NCBI GenBank assembly: GCA_002269645.1
Contig: NIVC01000073.1
Coordinates: 310,001 to 374,000, forward strand
From: Macrostomum lignano
Lineage: Eukaryota
Length of the DNA stretch: 64,000 nt
Reading direction: 5' to 3'
How positions within the stretch are numbered: position 1 is the first letter of the stretch; each line of letters begins with the position of its first letter. The notes beneath the pieces were generated by a model, which worked only from the letters and a program-made list of their open reading frames with translations, had not been told where the DNA came from and ran no database searches. This document shows positions 49,658 to 62,246 of the stretch, piece by piece. A program made the translations under genes and the position numbers.

Positions 49658-52600
49658 GATGTATATGGAATATTGCATGTCCATTATTTACAAATTTTAT
49701 TTGTTTTTATGATAAAACAATGATTGAGAATTTTTATTAATATTTATCATTCTTTGTATAATATCCTTTATTTTGCTAAATAAATAAACAATAAATATTG
49801 TTACTTTCTTTAAATTTTCTCCATGTTTATGCTCTAGGTTTTACTGATCTGCTTTTGCCTTATATCTAATAATTATTTTAACTATTTTTTATTTATAAAC
49901 TAACATTTTATCTTTAAGGTTTTATTCTAGGCACATTTTAATTTTTAATTGAGATTTAATATTAACATTCTTTACATAGCTTACTTAATATATACATGCA
50001 ATTAGTATTTAATTAGAAATTTAGTATAGGTGGATTTGTGCAATAGATGCAATAAAATATTTGTGCAATCCACTTTGAGGTATATAGTTGAGAATGTTCT
50101 TGAGTATACATGGAAATCTACATGAGTTGTAGTCATTTAAAAAACAAATAAAAATGCATGAATAATGGAGAGTAAAGTGAATGCTCCATATATATATTTG
50201 ACACCAAAGTTACCTGTCATTGAAATGGATATCACCAAAGTGACTGTCATTGAACTGACTGTTACCAAAGTAATTGTAATTCTACAATTTATATTATACA
50301 TGGCATATTTTTATATAGGCTTATTTTAAAAATTATTTGAGTAGGATCTATATATAGTATAAGCTTAGCTTTAATAATTTAAATTTATATAAACATTCAA
50401 TCTTTAATACCATATTAGCTATGTGACCTAGGCCTAGTTTTGACCAAAATATAACTAATTTTATGATTTCCTTTATCTTTTATATTATATATCTTTTAAA
50501 ATATGCAATTTGGATTAAGATTTTTTCTATAACTTGAATTGTTTTTTATTTTCTTAGGCCTTTTTTATCTTTTGTAAGGCCTAGGCCTATCTATTTTGCA
50601 ATTTATCATTGTCCTTAAGTTATTTATTTATTTTAGTGCTTTTTTAGCAATATGTTTTTGCTTTTTAATTTTTTATAAAGTACCAATAGGTTGTTTTTTA
50701 GGAAAATATCAACATTTTAATTATTAGTTCTAATTTTAATATATTAGAAATACAAATTTTTAGATATGCAATAAAGTCTATTAAAAATATGGAAAAAGCA
50801 AACTGGCCATATGCTAGCATGGAAAGTAGGCAATATTTTTTGTTTTTATTATCTTTACCTAGGACTAGTATCAGTTTAGTAAGTTTTATTAAATAAAATA
50901 TTTTATGTATGCTTTAAGTTTAAAAAAGTCAAATTTTCATAGTAATAATTTCCCCAATAAAATAAAATCAAATTTAACCTTAAAAATATTTTACATAGAT
51001 TAAAACACCAATTAACACAAATTCTTACAGGTTTAGTTTATATTAATAGGCCTTCAGTTTTCTATTTTCAAAAAACAGTTTTTTATTTTCATCCATTTTT
51101 ATTATATTAATTAATTTGGCTAGGGATATATAATATTGATAATACTTTCAAAGCATGATTTGAGAATGAAAATCTTATTATTCCATGCCAATATATTAAA
51201 GCTAGAATAGGAAATAGGTATACCTACCCAAACATGCATGCAAATGTAATAACAAGCAACTTCTCTATATAATAGTTGCAAATGTACTTTACAGTACTCA
51301 TACACTAGGAAGCCAACTTTTTTATGATAGGAATTTTTTTTAGAGATTGAATTTGAATACCAGCTCTAATATGGTATTCTTTAGCTATGTATATGTGATA
51401 GGCCTCTTGGCTCTCTTTAACAATTATATTGCTGTAACCAAATTTGCTCTAGGGTTGCTTGTTTTTTGTCGAAATTCCACTGCTTAGCTACCAAAGTTTG
51501 TTAGAAGAGGTGTCGGGGTTGCTGGGGATTTTCATGAATTTCTTGGGATTTGGGAAGAAATATGCAATTACTACTACTAACAGGAGTAAGCCTTAGGTTG
51601 CTCCTAGTGGCGTGGTGTGTCCAAGTGGCAAGACACTATATTTCTACTCAGTCAAGATATCTAAGGAGGGGAAGGGGAATAAGGGCTTTGCGGTGGATCA
51701 GAGTTGCCTGGGAAACTGGCGCACTAGGGGGGAATTCTAATAACTGATAAGGGATGCTAACATGGGAGGGATGTGCTTAATAGGGAATTGAATGAGGGCC
51801 GGGTGCCTAATAGTTGGGGGAGTTAAGTGGGTACAAAAAGCCCAATGGAATAGGGAGGTAGAGTAGTCTTAAGGGAAGAACCTGTAGATAGGCAAAGACT
51901 TGGGCAGACAGTGCGTCTGTATGGGGTGTTGGCAGATTGCCAGGTTAAATTAGAGATCTGTGGAAGAAAGGGAAAAGGCAGCACGCCTGTTTGACTGGAG
52001 GGGGGAGGGATAGTGGCTGATTTGCCTGGGGAAGAGGGAAGGGCTGTACGCTCTTGAGGAAAAAAGGGAGAGAATGGGCAGAGACTGCACGTCTCAATGA
52101 ACAAGGCTGACTCAAGGCTATTTTTAGAACAAACTGTTCTTTCGGCGCCAGGACTAATTTCAAGCCAGCACAAGTTGCCTTCTGGAGAGGCTATTACGCT
52201 TGTATTTATACTCTTATTACTAAAAATGGCGGATAGTTTAAAACAAAATATTCTTATTAAAAGTTTTTTATCAGAGATGCGCACTGAAGTTACTAATTTT
52301 CTAACAAAATAAACATTTAAAATATGTATTATTACTAATAATAAAGTGTCAGCAGTTTACTTGTAAAATATGCAAGAAAAAGGCAGTAAGTATTAAGATT
52401 CTATTTATATGCAAATAATAATTGATAAGGCAAGAGTTAATAGATAAGGCTAGTTTTGAGAACAAAGAATTAGGTATGCAACAATGATTAAAAGAGTTAT
52501 GTACCCATAGTTATACAACATTATAATAGGCCGTTACATATATATATGTGTATATATATGTATAATACAATAAATATGTTAGTTATCAGTTATTTAATGT

Positions 52601-53483
52601 AAATTTCTATTTTAAGTATTACTCAAACTATATTTCTCGCAAATTATATGCTTTGATGTGCAAATAATGTTATTTTAAGTTTTTTAATTTAAATGGTTGT
52701 TATATAGGCTGGTAAATCAAGACTTCAAAACTTTTTACTTTTAAGGCCATTATACACTAACTCATAGCTGTATGCTAGATAAGAGAGGAAAGGAGAGGAA
52801 ATAGAAGGGAAAGATGAGATGAGAGAGGAAAGGAGAGAAGAAAGCTAAGAAGAGACACAAATCCTCAATGCTCTAGATTTCTGATATTTCTCTAGAGTTT
52901 CCAAAGCACCCCAAGGCAAGATAGAGGCTTTTTAGGCTGCATGTGGCCCACAGACAGCAGTTTCCTATTGTAAAAACCGTGCAATACAAAGTAGATTTTG
53001 AATGTTAGATTTCACTATAGGCAAATGAAACTGCAGAGAATTGACTTGCAGGCAATTCTAAAACCATAGGCCTGTTGTAAGTAGCATGGATGCTTTTTAG
53101 TTTACTTTTGAGTTGCACTATGCACGTTTTATTTGATCCTTATTTACGAGACGTTTTTTATTAAAGTTTAACCATTATTCCACAGTCAGTTTTTGTGTCT
53201 TAAACTGCCTTCGATTTTCTAAGTATCTGCAAGAACGAGTAGTATGGTTGATTATTTATTTTTACCCTGTTTTCGTTGTTCTTGCTTTTTATCTACTTTT
53301 GATCCTAGCTGACTGTTACGTGGGTTGGCTTAACTTGTCCTGATTTCGACTGTGCGCAGTAAGAGGATCGCTGATAATGTTATCAGCTTTTAGCCCTCAG
53401 CTAAAATGCGAGACAAGTGTTTAAAAAGCATTGCGTGGGACTTGCAACTTGCCTTCACCTGTGTTATTACGTTCTTGCACTAG

Positions 53484-56400
53484 TTGTTGAGTGCCAGACA
53501 GACTACTCCGCTGTTCTATGGCAGCTTGATGCCATCTAGCTTGCTGCACTCCTCCGTCTCTATCATGGATTCTGATGCCTGTCTGCGGCGCAATGCCCGC
53601 TGTTACTCCGTCTCATCCGAGCTGGAAGACTTCGCTCTGCACAAGCTGGTCAACATGTTGGCCCATCTACCTGGCAGAAAACCCGCTCACTTGGGACTGC
53701 AGTCTGCCCAGCTTTTAAAGCACCTGTTCACAGTGATGCCGCTGCCTGATGTGCAACAATTAGAACTGATGAATCTGGCGCGAAATGAGCCGTCACCCGA
53801 AGTGGCCTTGGCTGTGCGGCTATCAAATTTAGTACTGACCACGAGTCAGTGCCATCTCGGATTTCTACACGCCAGTCTGTGCCTATCAAAGCCGTCCAAG
53901 TCTAAGTCCAGTCTAGTGAACAGTCTCTGGCCTAGTCGCAGTAAGACTGGCAAATCGCCATCGTTTTCAATCGCTTCTGCCGCATCGTCTTCTTCATCTA
54001 CTGCTGAATCATACAGCTGTAGTGGCGAATTTTCTGAAGGCCAACGGTCCGTTCGAGTTAAGCCTCGCATCGATCATCTGTCCAATGCTGTGTGGCAGTT
54101 TGATCAGGTATTCGTGTTTCGCGGCTTGGATTGTAAAGCTTCTAGTTTGGATATTGTGTTTCACTCCGATCATCAGCCATCGATGCGTCGTGCTGGCTCG
54201 CTTAATTCGTCTAGTTCATCTAGCGATTCCGCTAGTCACTTTGTCTGCTGCACCAGTATCCCATTGAGGGATATAACCTGCAAAGGACTCAAAGACACCA
54301 GTTTCGACGCCCTACTTGGCAATCGGCCCAGTAACGGGCGAGCAAAAACAATTGGCACGTGTACAGTGGACGTTAGCTTCATTTTTGCTAATTCTATCAC
54401 ACAGGAAATTGCGCCAGTTGAGGCTGATTGTTGCACTGTTCCAGTAAGTTATGCGCAACTGTACGAACTATTGTATACTCGTGTACTACTGTTCGAAAAT
54501 CGCAAGATGTCAATCGGCTCTGATCCGAACGCTGCTCAACGATCGTACACACATTTTCTAGACAACTTTTCGGCTTCGTCTAAAAATCTTCTAGCTGTCT
54601 TTGAATCCGTGGCCTACTTTTCAGCGTTAGAAGTTAAGCTATTTCGTCTTGTTCGATGTCTTCATGCTATTCTAGAGAAACGATTAGTTGATAATGACGC
54701 CTTCGTTCGCGACCAGGTTGCTGCACTGAAATTGGAGACGATGCATTACCCGCCTGGAATTAATCAGGTTCAATCGGTCATCTCCAGTCTTCGTCATTTT
54801 GACGTAGCGACTCTATTTACAGTTGTTGAATTGTACATCAACTACAAACTGCAGGACATTAGCAGCCTGCCAACTATTGTTCCCGCTACTGAGGCGAACT
54901 TTTTAATCTGGCGATGCAAGCTGACAGGCATTATTGATCTGCTAAATTTGGAGCACTTCTTTATTACAACAGTAGATATGGATCAGAAATTTTCCGCTAA
55001 GGCGCAGTTAGTTGCCAAGCTGACTCAACGAATTCAATCGGATGCCAAGAGCAGCTTTCAGCGTGCTATAGGCGAGTTGAAGTGTGAGGAGCACAAGGAG
55101 CTGGTGCTGCAGGACATCGACAAGATGATCTCTGTATTAGACGAACTATATCAGTCAATTGAGAATGGTGTCTACGTTGATGACTACTTTCGTGAACACA
55201 TTGGCGTTCAGTTTCGTAAGATTGTTGTATTTTCAATCGACTCTCTGATAATGTCCCACACTCGTCAGTTAATGGCTTTGCTAAATGACTACCAGAGTCG
55301 TTATCGTAACTTCATGGCCAATATTACTGACAGTAGCAAGCGTTCACTGAAGCTCTATCTGACCATTAAGCGGTTTACAACAATTTGTCGTACCTTCATT
55401 TCTGAGCGCGAAATTTTCAAGGTGTCTCTTTGCAATTTGACCGAGTGCTTCTCAGAAGCTTCAATCTTTTGGTTGCAAACTTTCAAGGTGCAGAGTCAAT
55501 TTCGCATTAGCAGAGCCCTAGAAATTGAGAAAGACATTGTTGAGATTGATTCTACCGTCAAGATTTCCAATTCTGTAGTTGATGTGCTCAGCGTTTTTCA
55601 CAAGATCATCTCAGAATGGAACGAGATTGATCTAGTAAGCTGTCTTGACAATGTATTTGGCACGCTCAAGATGACCGATTGTATCTGCGATGGCATCTGT
55701 TTTTATGCCAAAAAGGTATGCAACATCCTTGAGGCAAACTCGTTGTTTGACAAACGTGGTCAACAATTCGATGTTAGCGATCAGTTGTGCATCTCACTGA
55801 ATAATATCGAGCACGCTAGAAAGTTTTTGCACAACTTGCCAAAAGAATTTCTCTGGGAAGATGCGCTAAATAAGGTAGTTGTTCCCGGAGGCGATGAAGT
55901 TGACCTAAGGCCTCAGTTTGTTCAAGCCATGGAATCTGTAATCGAAGACGCTAATGATGATGTTCTACTGAAGTGCCGCAAGATTGAACGGCAAGTAGCC
56001 GAGCGGCTGCACCGTGACGTGCTGAAGCACACGCTGTTTTTCACGCGAACTGAACCGGACAAGCGCGGCTCAATCGACAGCTTGTTGGGCTATCTTAACA
56101 CCAATCTTAGCATGCTATCTGACAAGCTTGAGGAGACTATCTGTCCTCGAATGCTCAGCGCTGTCTGGTCGGGTGTTTTGTCCGCCTTCTCCGACACACT
56201 ATTGTCTGGTGAAAAGCCCGGCTACTACGAGATGATGCTCAAGCACATGACTTCAATAAAATCATTTTTTCTTCATCGAGGCCTCAGCGAGGACGTTCTC
56301 GCTGGGGATTCTCGTTACTTTTTTATCAACGAAATTCTCGTCCAGAACGCCAAACCGACCGAACGTCTTCTACTAGAGTATTACTCAAAGCTGATTCATT

Positions 56401-57239
56401 CTAGCATGGGCACGCCTAGCAACTACTTAGGCCATTTAACTATTAAAGCCGGACTGTGTCGCGAAGCAAAAGGCATGCTATCACTGCAATGCCTGATTGT
56501 TGATTGCAAAAGTTTGCCTGGCCTTGATCGCAACCTACTCAGCGATCCCTACGTCATTGCCTATTTAAAGCCTGAGACAATGTTCACAGCTAGGAGCCAT
56601 TACCGCACGCCTGTTATGCAGCAGACTACTAATCCTCTGTTTCTGTACAGTTTCAAAGCCTCGAGTATTCCGCAGGAATTTATCAGCGAGAAGGGCTGCT
56701 GCTTGCACTTTCTAGTGATGGACCACGAGTACTTGCGACAGGACAGATGCATCGGCGAGGTGTTTTTTTCGCTGTCAGACTTTGACGAAATAATGCCCGG
56801 CTTATCCTGGGACGCTTATCCGGCCTTTATGAAATCAATTCGTCGCCCATCGGTATTCTTTCATCCCATTAGCGAGGAGATTGTTAGCCAAAGGTCGCAC
56901 TGGGACCGGGCCGCTGACAGATTCACTAACTCGCGTCTCTACTTGCAAAGCCGCTGCTCAAGCGTCCGTTCGCAACAGTCCAGGCGCACTTCTTCCGTGT
57001 TCTCGTTCCGGCGTACTTTTGATCAGCAAGGTGGCGGAGCTGAAGACGCCTGCGACAGTCAGCAACAGCAGGAGCAGCAGCAGCAGAAGGCGGATAGGTG
57101 GCAGACAACTTTATCCAGTTTAGCGAATGAGCTGTTCGACATTGCTGAGACGGCTGTCTGCTGTAATCAGGCATCGCCTGTTGGCGGTGCAACTTCATCC
57201 GGTTCGAAATCGAGAGCAGCTGAATTCGCGAATGGCTGA
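53484..57239 (+). CDS. BAIAP3 / Munc13-4 (UNC13D)-like C2-MUN-C2 vesicle-priming protein, one uninterrupted ORF
   Basis: 1251-codon ORF; degenerate C2A (WQFDQVFVF...CTVDVSF); MHD1 (WLQTFK...RALEIE...SNSVVDV...CISLNNIEH); MHD2 (LLGYLNTNLSMLSDKL..RMLSAVW); C2B (LPGLDRNLLSDPYV...TTNPLF...VMDHEYLRQDRCIGE). First ATGs at ~53529 and ~53565. Confidence 0.85.
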   Translation: MLSARQTTPLFYGSLMPSSLLHSSVSIMDSDACLRRNARCYSVSSELEDFALHKLVNMLAHLPGRKPAHLGLQSAQLLKHLFTVMPLPDVQQLELMNLARNEPSPEVALAVRLSNLVLTTSQCHLGFLHASLCLSKPSKSKSSLVNSLWPSRSKTGKSPSFSIASAASSSSSTAESYSCSGEFSEGQRSVRVKPRIDHLSNAVWQFDQVFVFRGLDCKASSLDIVFHSDHQPSMRRAGSLNSSSSSSDSASHFVCCTSIPLRDITCKGLKDTSFDALLGNRPSNGRAKTIGTCTVDVSFIFANSITQEIAPVEADCCTVPVSYAQLYELLYTRVLLFENRKMSIGSDPNAAQRSYTHFLDNFSASSKNLLAVFESVAYFSALEVKLFRLVRCLHAILEKRLVDNDAFVRDQVAALKLETMHYPPGINQVQSVISSLRHFDVATLFTVVELYINYKLQDISSLPTIVPATEANFLIWRCKLTGIIDLLNLEHFFITTVDMDQKFSAKAQLVAKLTQRIQSDAKSSFQRAIGELKCEEHKELVLQDIDKMISVLDELYQSIENGVYVDDYFREHIGVQFRKIVVFSIDSLIMSHTRQLMALLNDYQSRYRNFMANITDSSKRSLKLYLTIKRFTTICRTFISEREIFKVSLCNLTECFSEASIFWLQTFKVQSQFRISRALEIEKDIVEIDSTVKISNSVVDVLSVFHKIISEWNEIDLVSCLDNVFGTLKMTDCICDGICFYAKKVCNILEANSLFDKRGQQFDVSDQLCISLNNIEHARKFLHNLPKEFLWEDALNKVVVPGGDEVDLRPQFVQAMESVIEDANDDVLLKCRKIERQVAERLHRDVLKHTLFFTRTEPDKRGSIDSLLGYLNTNLSMLSDKLEETICPRMLSAVWSGVLSAFSDTLLSGEKPGYYEMMLKHMTSIKSFFLHRGLSEDVLAGDSRYFFINEILVQNAKPTERLLLEYYSKLIHSSMGTPSNYLGHLTIKAGLCREAKGMLSLQCLIVDCKSLPGLDRNLLSDPYVIAYLKPETMFTARSHYRTPVMQQTTNPLFLYSFKASSIPQEFISEKGCCLHFLVMDHEYLRQDRCIGEVFFSLSDFDEIMPGLSWDAYPAFMKSIRRPSVFFHPISEEIVSQRSHWDRAADRFTNSRLYLQSRCSSVRSQQSRRTSSVFSFRRTFDQQGGGAEDACDSQQQQEQQQQKADRWQTTLSSLANELFDIAETAVCCNQASPVGGATSSGSKSRAAEFANG

Positions 57240-57681
57240 TGATGCTTTATTGTTACTTTAATGCTTTTCGATGTTACACTTAATTTTATTTTTCACTCGT
57301 GTGAATTTTATGCGTTTTAAAAGTGGCTCCTCTTTGCTATTATTAGTTTGCCAGTAATAAAAATAAACTAGACAACATACTACTTACTAAGTAGATGAAA
57401 ATCTATGGCGTTAAATTAATCTTTGACATGGTGTTGTATGTTCTTGCTATTGACAGCAAACTCGTCTAGTAAAACATTATTCCGCTACGAATCATTTTTT
57501 GTTCTGCTTTAAAATAGTACTACTGTAAGTAGCCTGAATCGATTTCAACGCAGAAAACAAACCAAAACGAAATTAATTTTCATTCCCTATCATTTTCTGT
57601 CAACGCAGTAAAGTTGGCCAGTTGAATTATTGACAAAACAACAAATTATCAAACAACTAAAGAAAAAAGTATAGTATAAGG

Positions 57682-58800
57682 ATGGCTATGCTAGCGGAGC
57701 CCAGGCGTAAAGTTCGCTACACTGTAAATCCTAACGGTCGCGATTGGCGCGACAATGGCGATAGTAGCCAATTTGGTCAGCGACTAATGCACAGTATGGG
57801 CTGGCGCGAGGGCCGGGGTCTCGGCAAAGACGGTCAAGGCGCCGTTGAACCAATTAAAGTTCGCCAGAAAAACGACCAACGCGGGATTGGCTGCTCCGGC
57901 ACCTACGCCGCCGAATCCATGCCACAGAGTGACGATTTTGCTAGCTTGCTTAGTCAGTTGAATCAGGAGCACGGTAGCGGCACTGGCAAAGGTTGCCATG
58001 ACAACAATAGTAGTGCAACAGCAACAAGCAGCCTTCCTGCTGTCAGTTTAGAAGCGAAATCGAAAGCCTCACGGGCTAGATTACATTATCATCGATTCAC
58101 CAGGGGCAAAGATGTGTCTGCCTATGGTAGCAAAGCTTTAGCTTGCATTTTCGGTACGAGAGCCGGGTCGAAAGCCAATAACGATTCTGATATTGAGGAT
58201 TCGGCCGAGCCTGCTAATAATAATAGCAAAGGTGAGGATTCTGTAGATGAAGCAGAGGATGCTCCAAGCACTTTTGGATTCGGCTTTCAGCCTAGCAACA
58301 AGCCTTTGGCGCACTCCAATAGCGAAGCTTGCCTAACAGCTACTAATCCGCTTAGTAACGGCCTTCATCTGGTGCAGAGTCAAACTTCTCTGCAGGATTA
58401 TTTTCGAACGAAAATGTTGGAACGAAAAATCAAGCTGGAACAGCAGCAGCAACAGCAGCAAGAACAGGACTTATCTCCTGTAGCGATTAAACCAGAGCCT
58501 GAAGCTCTGGAGGAGAGCCAGTCCTCTTGGACCAGCGAATCAAGTTGCAGTGCGGCTAGCACTTTGTCCGGCAATAACGAAGAAACTCTGACTGAAACTG
58601 TTACCGATAACCTGTCAATCAAACCTTCCAAGCGAGTTTGTTTCAGTCTATCGCCTCAAGCGGATGTTCTAAGCGATGTTAAGTCTGTCAATGCCGATGG
58701 GAGCAACAGTGACAGCAATGAAAACGATATGCTTGTGATTGATTTTAGCAAATATCCTGGCAGTCAAATGCAACGCGTTCTTGGATATTTGTACTATTGA
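57682..58800 (+). CDS. PINX1: PIN2/TERF1-interacting telomerase inhibitor 1 (G-patch protein), single exon
   Basis: MAMLAEPRRK start; G-patch FGQRLMHSMGWREGRGLGKDGQG..EPIKV..KNDQRGIG; LEAKSKASRARLHYHRFTRGKDVS...IFG matches PinX1/Gno1. Confidence 0.92.
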   Translation: MAMLAEPRRKVRYTVNPNGRDWRDNGDSSQFGQRLMHSMGWREGRGLGKDGQGAVEPIKVRQKNDQRGIGCSGTYAAESMPQSDDFASLLSQLNQEHGSGTGKGCHDNNSSATATSSLPAVSLEAKSKASRARLHYHRFTRGKDVSAYGSKALACIFGTRAGSKANNDSDIEDSAEPANNNSKGEDSVDEAEDAPSTFGFGFQPSNKPLAHSNSEACLTATNPLSNGLHLVQSQTSLQDYFRTKMLERKIKLEQQQQQQQEQDLSPVAIKPEPEALEESQSSWTSESSCSAASTLSGNNEETLTETVTDNLSIKPSKRVCFSLSPQADVLSDVKSVNADGSNSDSNENDMLVIDFSKYPGSQMQRVLGYLYY

Positions 58801-58869
58801 TTTTTGAACTTATGGCTAAATTTCATCAATCTATGGTCAAGCCTAGCCACTACTCAATACTGAAAGTCA

Positions 58870-59250
58870 TGGCCCAACCTTAGCTACAGCATAATATATG
58901 GCCCAACCTTAGCTGCAGCATAATAATATATGGCCCAACCTTAGCTGCAGCATAATAATCTATGGCCCAACCTTAGCTGCAGCATAATAGTCTATGGCCC
59001 AACCTTAGCTACAGCATAATCTATGGCCCAACCTTAGCTGCAGCATAATCCATGGCCCAACCTTAGCTGCAGCATAATAGTCTATGGCCCAACCTTAGCT
59101 GCAGCATAATAGTCTATGGCCCAATCTTAGCTACAGCATAATAGTTTATGGCCCAACCTTGGCTACAGCATAATCTATGGCCCAACCTTAGCTGCAGCAT
59201 AATAGTCTATGGCCCAACCTTTGCTGCAGCATAATAGTTTATGGCCCAAA
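58870..59250. repeat. ~28-32-bp minisatellite (tatggcccaaccttagctgcagcataatagtc)
   Basis: Direct reading. Confidence 0.93.
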
Positions 59251-59719
59251 CTAAGCTACTAAATCTTATCGTTAACTCTAGCAACAAATTTAAGTCGTTA
59301 AGCATTTTAAAATGCATATTGTAAGCTCTTGGTTTTGCCGGCTTCTTCCTTTGCTCTGTTATGCTAGATTTTCTAGCAGCAGTCATTGTCGGAGCATTTC
59401 TTTAAATCCTGTTCCTTGCTGCTTTGGCGGCTTCCGTGTGCCACCTCCCCCGCAAAACCCCCGGCTTGATAAATCATGCATTAGGGATCAGATTGAAGAA
59501 GTCTATAAATATATAAACAAAAAGTTTTCGCGATTGCGGCCTGTCTACGTTTCGGCTCATAACAGTTGTTTAATTAAACTGTCTGTCAGAAATATTCTTA
59601 CGAACAGCTCGTGTCTTACTTTCTGCTTTGAGTTAATTATTGCCCGTAATTGTAGTCTCGTCAATCTTATTGATAATGATTTTCTTATGTCCTGCCTGAC
59701 TTTCTGTCTAAGCTAGCAA

Positions 59720-59731
59720 TTGTTTTGCGGC

Positions 59732-59762
<31 letters not shown>

Positions 59763-59859
59763 ATTGCCTAGCGATTGTCTTTGCGGCTGTCTGTCTTTCT
59801 GTCTGTCTGTCTGTCTGTATTGGCTAGTGATTATCTTTGCGGCTGTCTGTCTGCCTGTA

Positions 59860-59890
<31 letters not shown>

Positions 59891-60000
59891 ATTGCCTAGC
59901 GATTGTCTTTGCGGCTGGCTGTCTGTCTGTCTGTCCGTCTGTCTGTCTGTCTTAGTGTCTGTGTGTGTCTCTTTCTGTTTCTGTCTGTCTGTCTGTCTTG
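59720..60000. repeat. composite (GTCT)n interrupted by repeated gtattgcctagcgattgtctttgcggct blocks
   Basis: Direct reading. Confidence 0.9.
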
Positions 60001-60974
60001 GTGTCGGCCTCAGTGTTTATCACGGTCATTCACACCTTCACACTCGTCTATCTACCTGGAATGGTTAGGAAATTTATATGGTTCAAGTGAAATTCAAAGG
60101 CAACACAACAACGCCGGGAGGACAGTCGGCTGTCCCAAGCAGTTGATTGCCTGTAACCCGGCCCTGGCTGCATCGGTATAACAAGACAACAAAACACGTT
60201 GCAGGACAGGACACTCAAAGCGGGCTGAGACTTAAAGATTCTCAACCATATACAAGTCTTAGAGGCGCGCGCAGCACGGATGTCGGCAGAATACACAAAT
60301 GAGGATGCGGAACCGGGTGGGGTGAGGGGAAGAGGGGGCGGTGGTGAGGCAGGGGGACATAAGGGGTGGGGGCAGGCAGCCGGGACAACTCAAAGCCTGC
60401 AGCCCACAGAGAAGAGGATAGAAGCAAATATAGAAAGCGGGACAGGGGCCATTCGAAGCAAGCAAGAGAAAGAGAAATCAAGAAAAAGGGGAATGATGAT
60501 GACGAGAGAGCCGGAGGCTGGGCTATCTGTAGGAGCAAGTCAAGCCAATACTGCATATGCGCTTTAAAGAGATTAGGCGAGAGAGGGAGGGAGAGAGACA
60601 GATGCTTAGGCTTGAGATAAAAGATTGTGTGGAGAAGCCGATAAACAGCGGGGAGGTAAAGGCGTGCCTAGTGCTGCTCAGGACTGTCCGTGTTTCTTCG
60701 TTTGTCGGTCGAAAACAAAACCTTGAGCTCCGTAATTTTATATTCCCTTATCAGGATTAAAACAGTGAGTTCTTTAGATCTGTGCTATTTTCTGCTCTCT
60801 ATATAATTTTCCTAGTATGTACGAGCAATTGTTAATGATGCCTTACTGTGTGTATATGTACTCGAAGTACGGGAAAAACTTCGGAAGAAGGCTGGCACTG
60901 CCTGAAGAAATATATAAAACAGTACACAGATACATGTAGAAAAATGTCTTTTAGATGTACCGGTGCGTCTAGTT

Positions 60975-61855
60975 AGAAAATGGCGCCCATATCTATCACA
61001 GTTCGGCGCCGTTATATATCTGACAGTTTGGCGCCGTTATATATCTGACAGTTTAGCGCCAGTCAAGTAGAAAATGGCGCCGATATATATCTGACAGTTT
61101 AACGCCAGTCAAGTAGAAAATGGCGTGCGCCGATATAAATCTGACAGTTTGGCGCCAGTCAAGTAGAAAATGGCGCCGATATAAATCTGACAGTTTGGCG
61201 CCAGTCAAGTAGAAAATGGCGCAGATATATATCTGACGGTTTGGCGCCAGTCAAGTAGAAAATGGCGCCGATATATATCTGATAGTTTGGCGCCAGTCCA
61301 GTAGAAAATGGCGCCGATATATATCTGATAGTTTGGGGCCAGTTCCAGTAGAAAATGGCGCCGATATATATCTGATAGTTTGGGGCCAGTTCCAGTAGAA
61401 AATGGCACAGATATAAATCTGACAGTTTGGCGCTAGTTACAGTAGAAAATGGCGCAGATATAAATCTGACAGTTTGGGGCCAGTCCAGTAGAAAATGGCG
61501 CCGATATATATATCTGATAGTTTGGGGCCAGTTCCAGTAGAAAATGGCGCCGATATATATCTGATAGTTTGGGGCCAGTTCCAGTAGAAAATGGCGCCGA
61601 TATAAATCTGGCAGTTTGGTGGCACAGTCAAGTAGAAAATGGCGCTGATATAAATCTGACAGTTTGGCGCCAGTCCAGTAGAAAATGGCGCCGATATATA
61701 TCTGATAGTTTGGGGCCAGTTCCAGTAGAAAATGGCGCCGATATATATCTGACAGTTTAGCGCCAGTCAAGTAGAAAATGGCTCAGATATATACCTGACA
61801 GTTTAGCGCCAGTCAAGTAAAAAATGGCGCCGATATATATCTGACAGTTTGGCGC
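60975..61855. repeat. ~46-bp minisatellite (agtagaaaatggcgccgatatatatctgacagtttggcgccagtca)
   Basis: Direct reading; no unique spacers. Confidence 0.95.
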
Positions 61856-62246
61856 CATGCAGTCCACAAGTTAAGTCCGCTGTGTATCCCGTGTGTCTGT
61901 TACAATACGCTCGGTAATGCACTGTAGACTGTAAATAGCAGAATCTACATGTAAATACAAATGTAAGTGTAAAGAATTTGGACTGAATTTCTTCTTACCT
62001 GTGAGCAGTTGCCAGTTGCCCCAATGCGAGCTATATCTGGTTTGTTTGAATTGATGATTAATTTTTTTCCAACTATCTTGTTCAAATATTAAATTATAGA
62101 CGTTTTAGATTTCTTCCCAGGTGCGTGTACGCATGCTACGTGTGCAGTTTAATCTGCTCAAACATTGGGATAGATATGCGTGTATAAATGGGCATGCAGA
62201 TCTTACTAGAAAAAATCCGGATGAAGTCAAATTGAGTACACTGCAG

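Noticed and set aside
59535-59575. Hammerhead/Penelope-like acgtttcggctcat
   Set aside because: The reverse strand has cgaaacg but no CTGATGA core or closing stems.
61990-62050. Minus-strand donor cag|gtaag suggesting another gene
   Set aside because: No downstream exon or homology could be identified.
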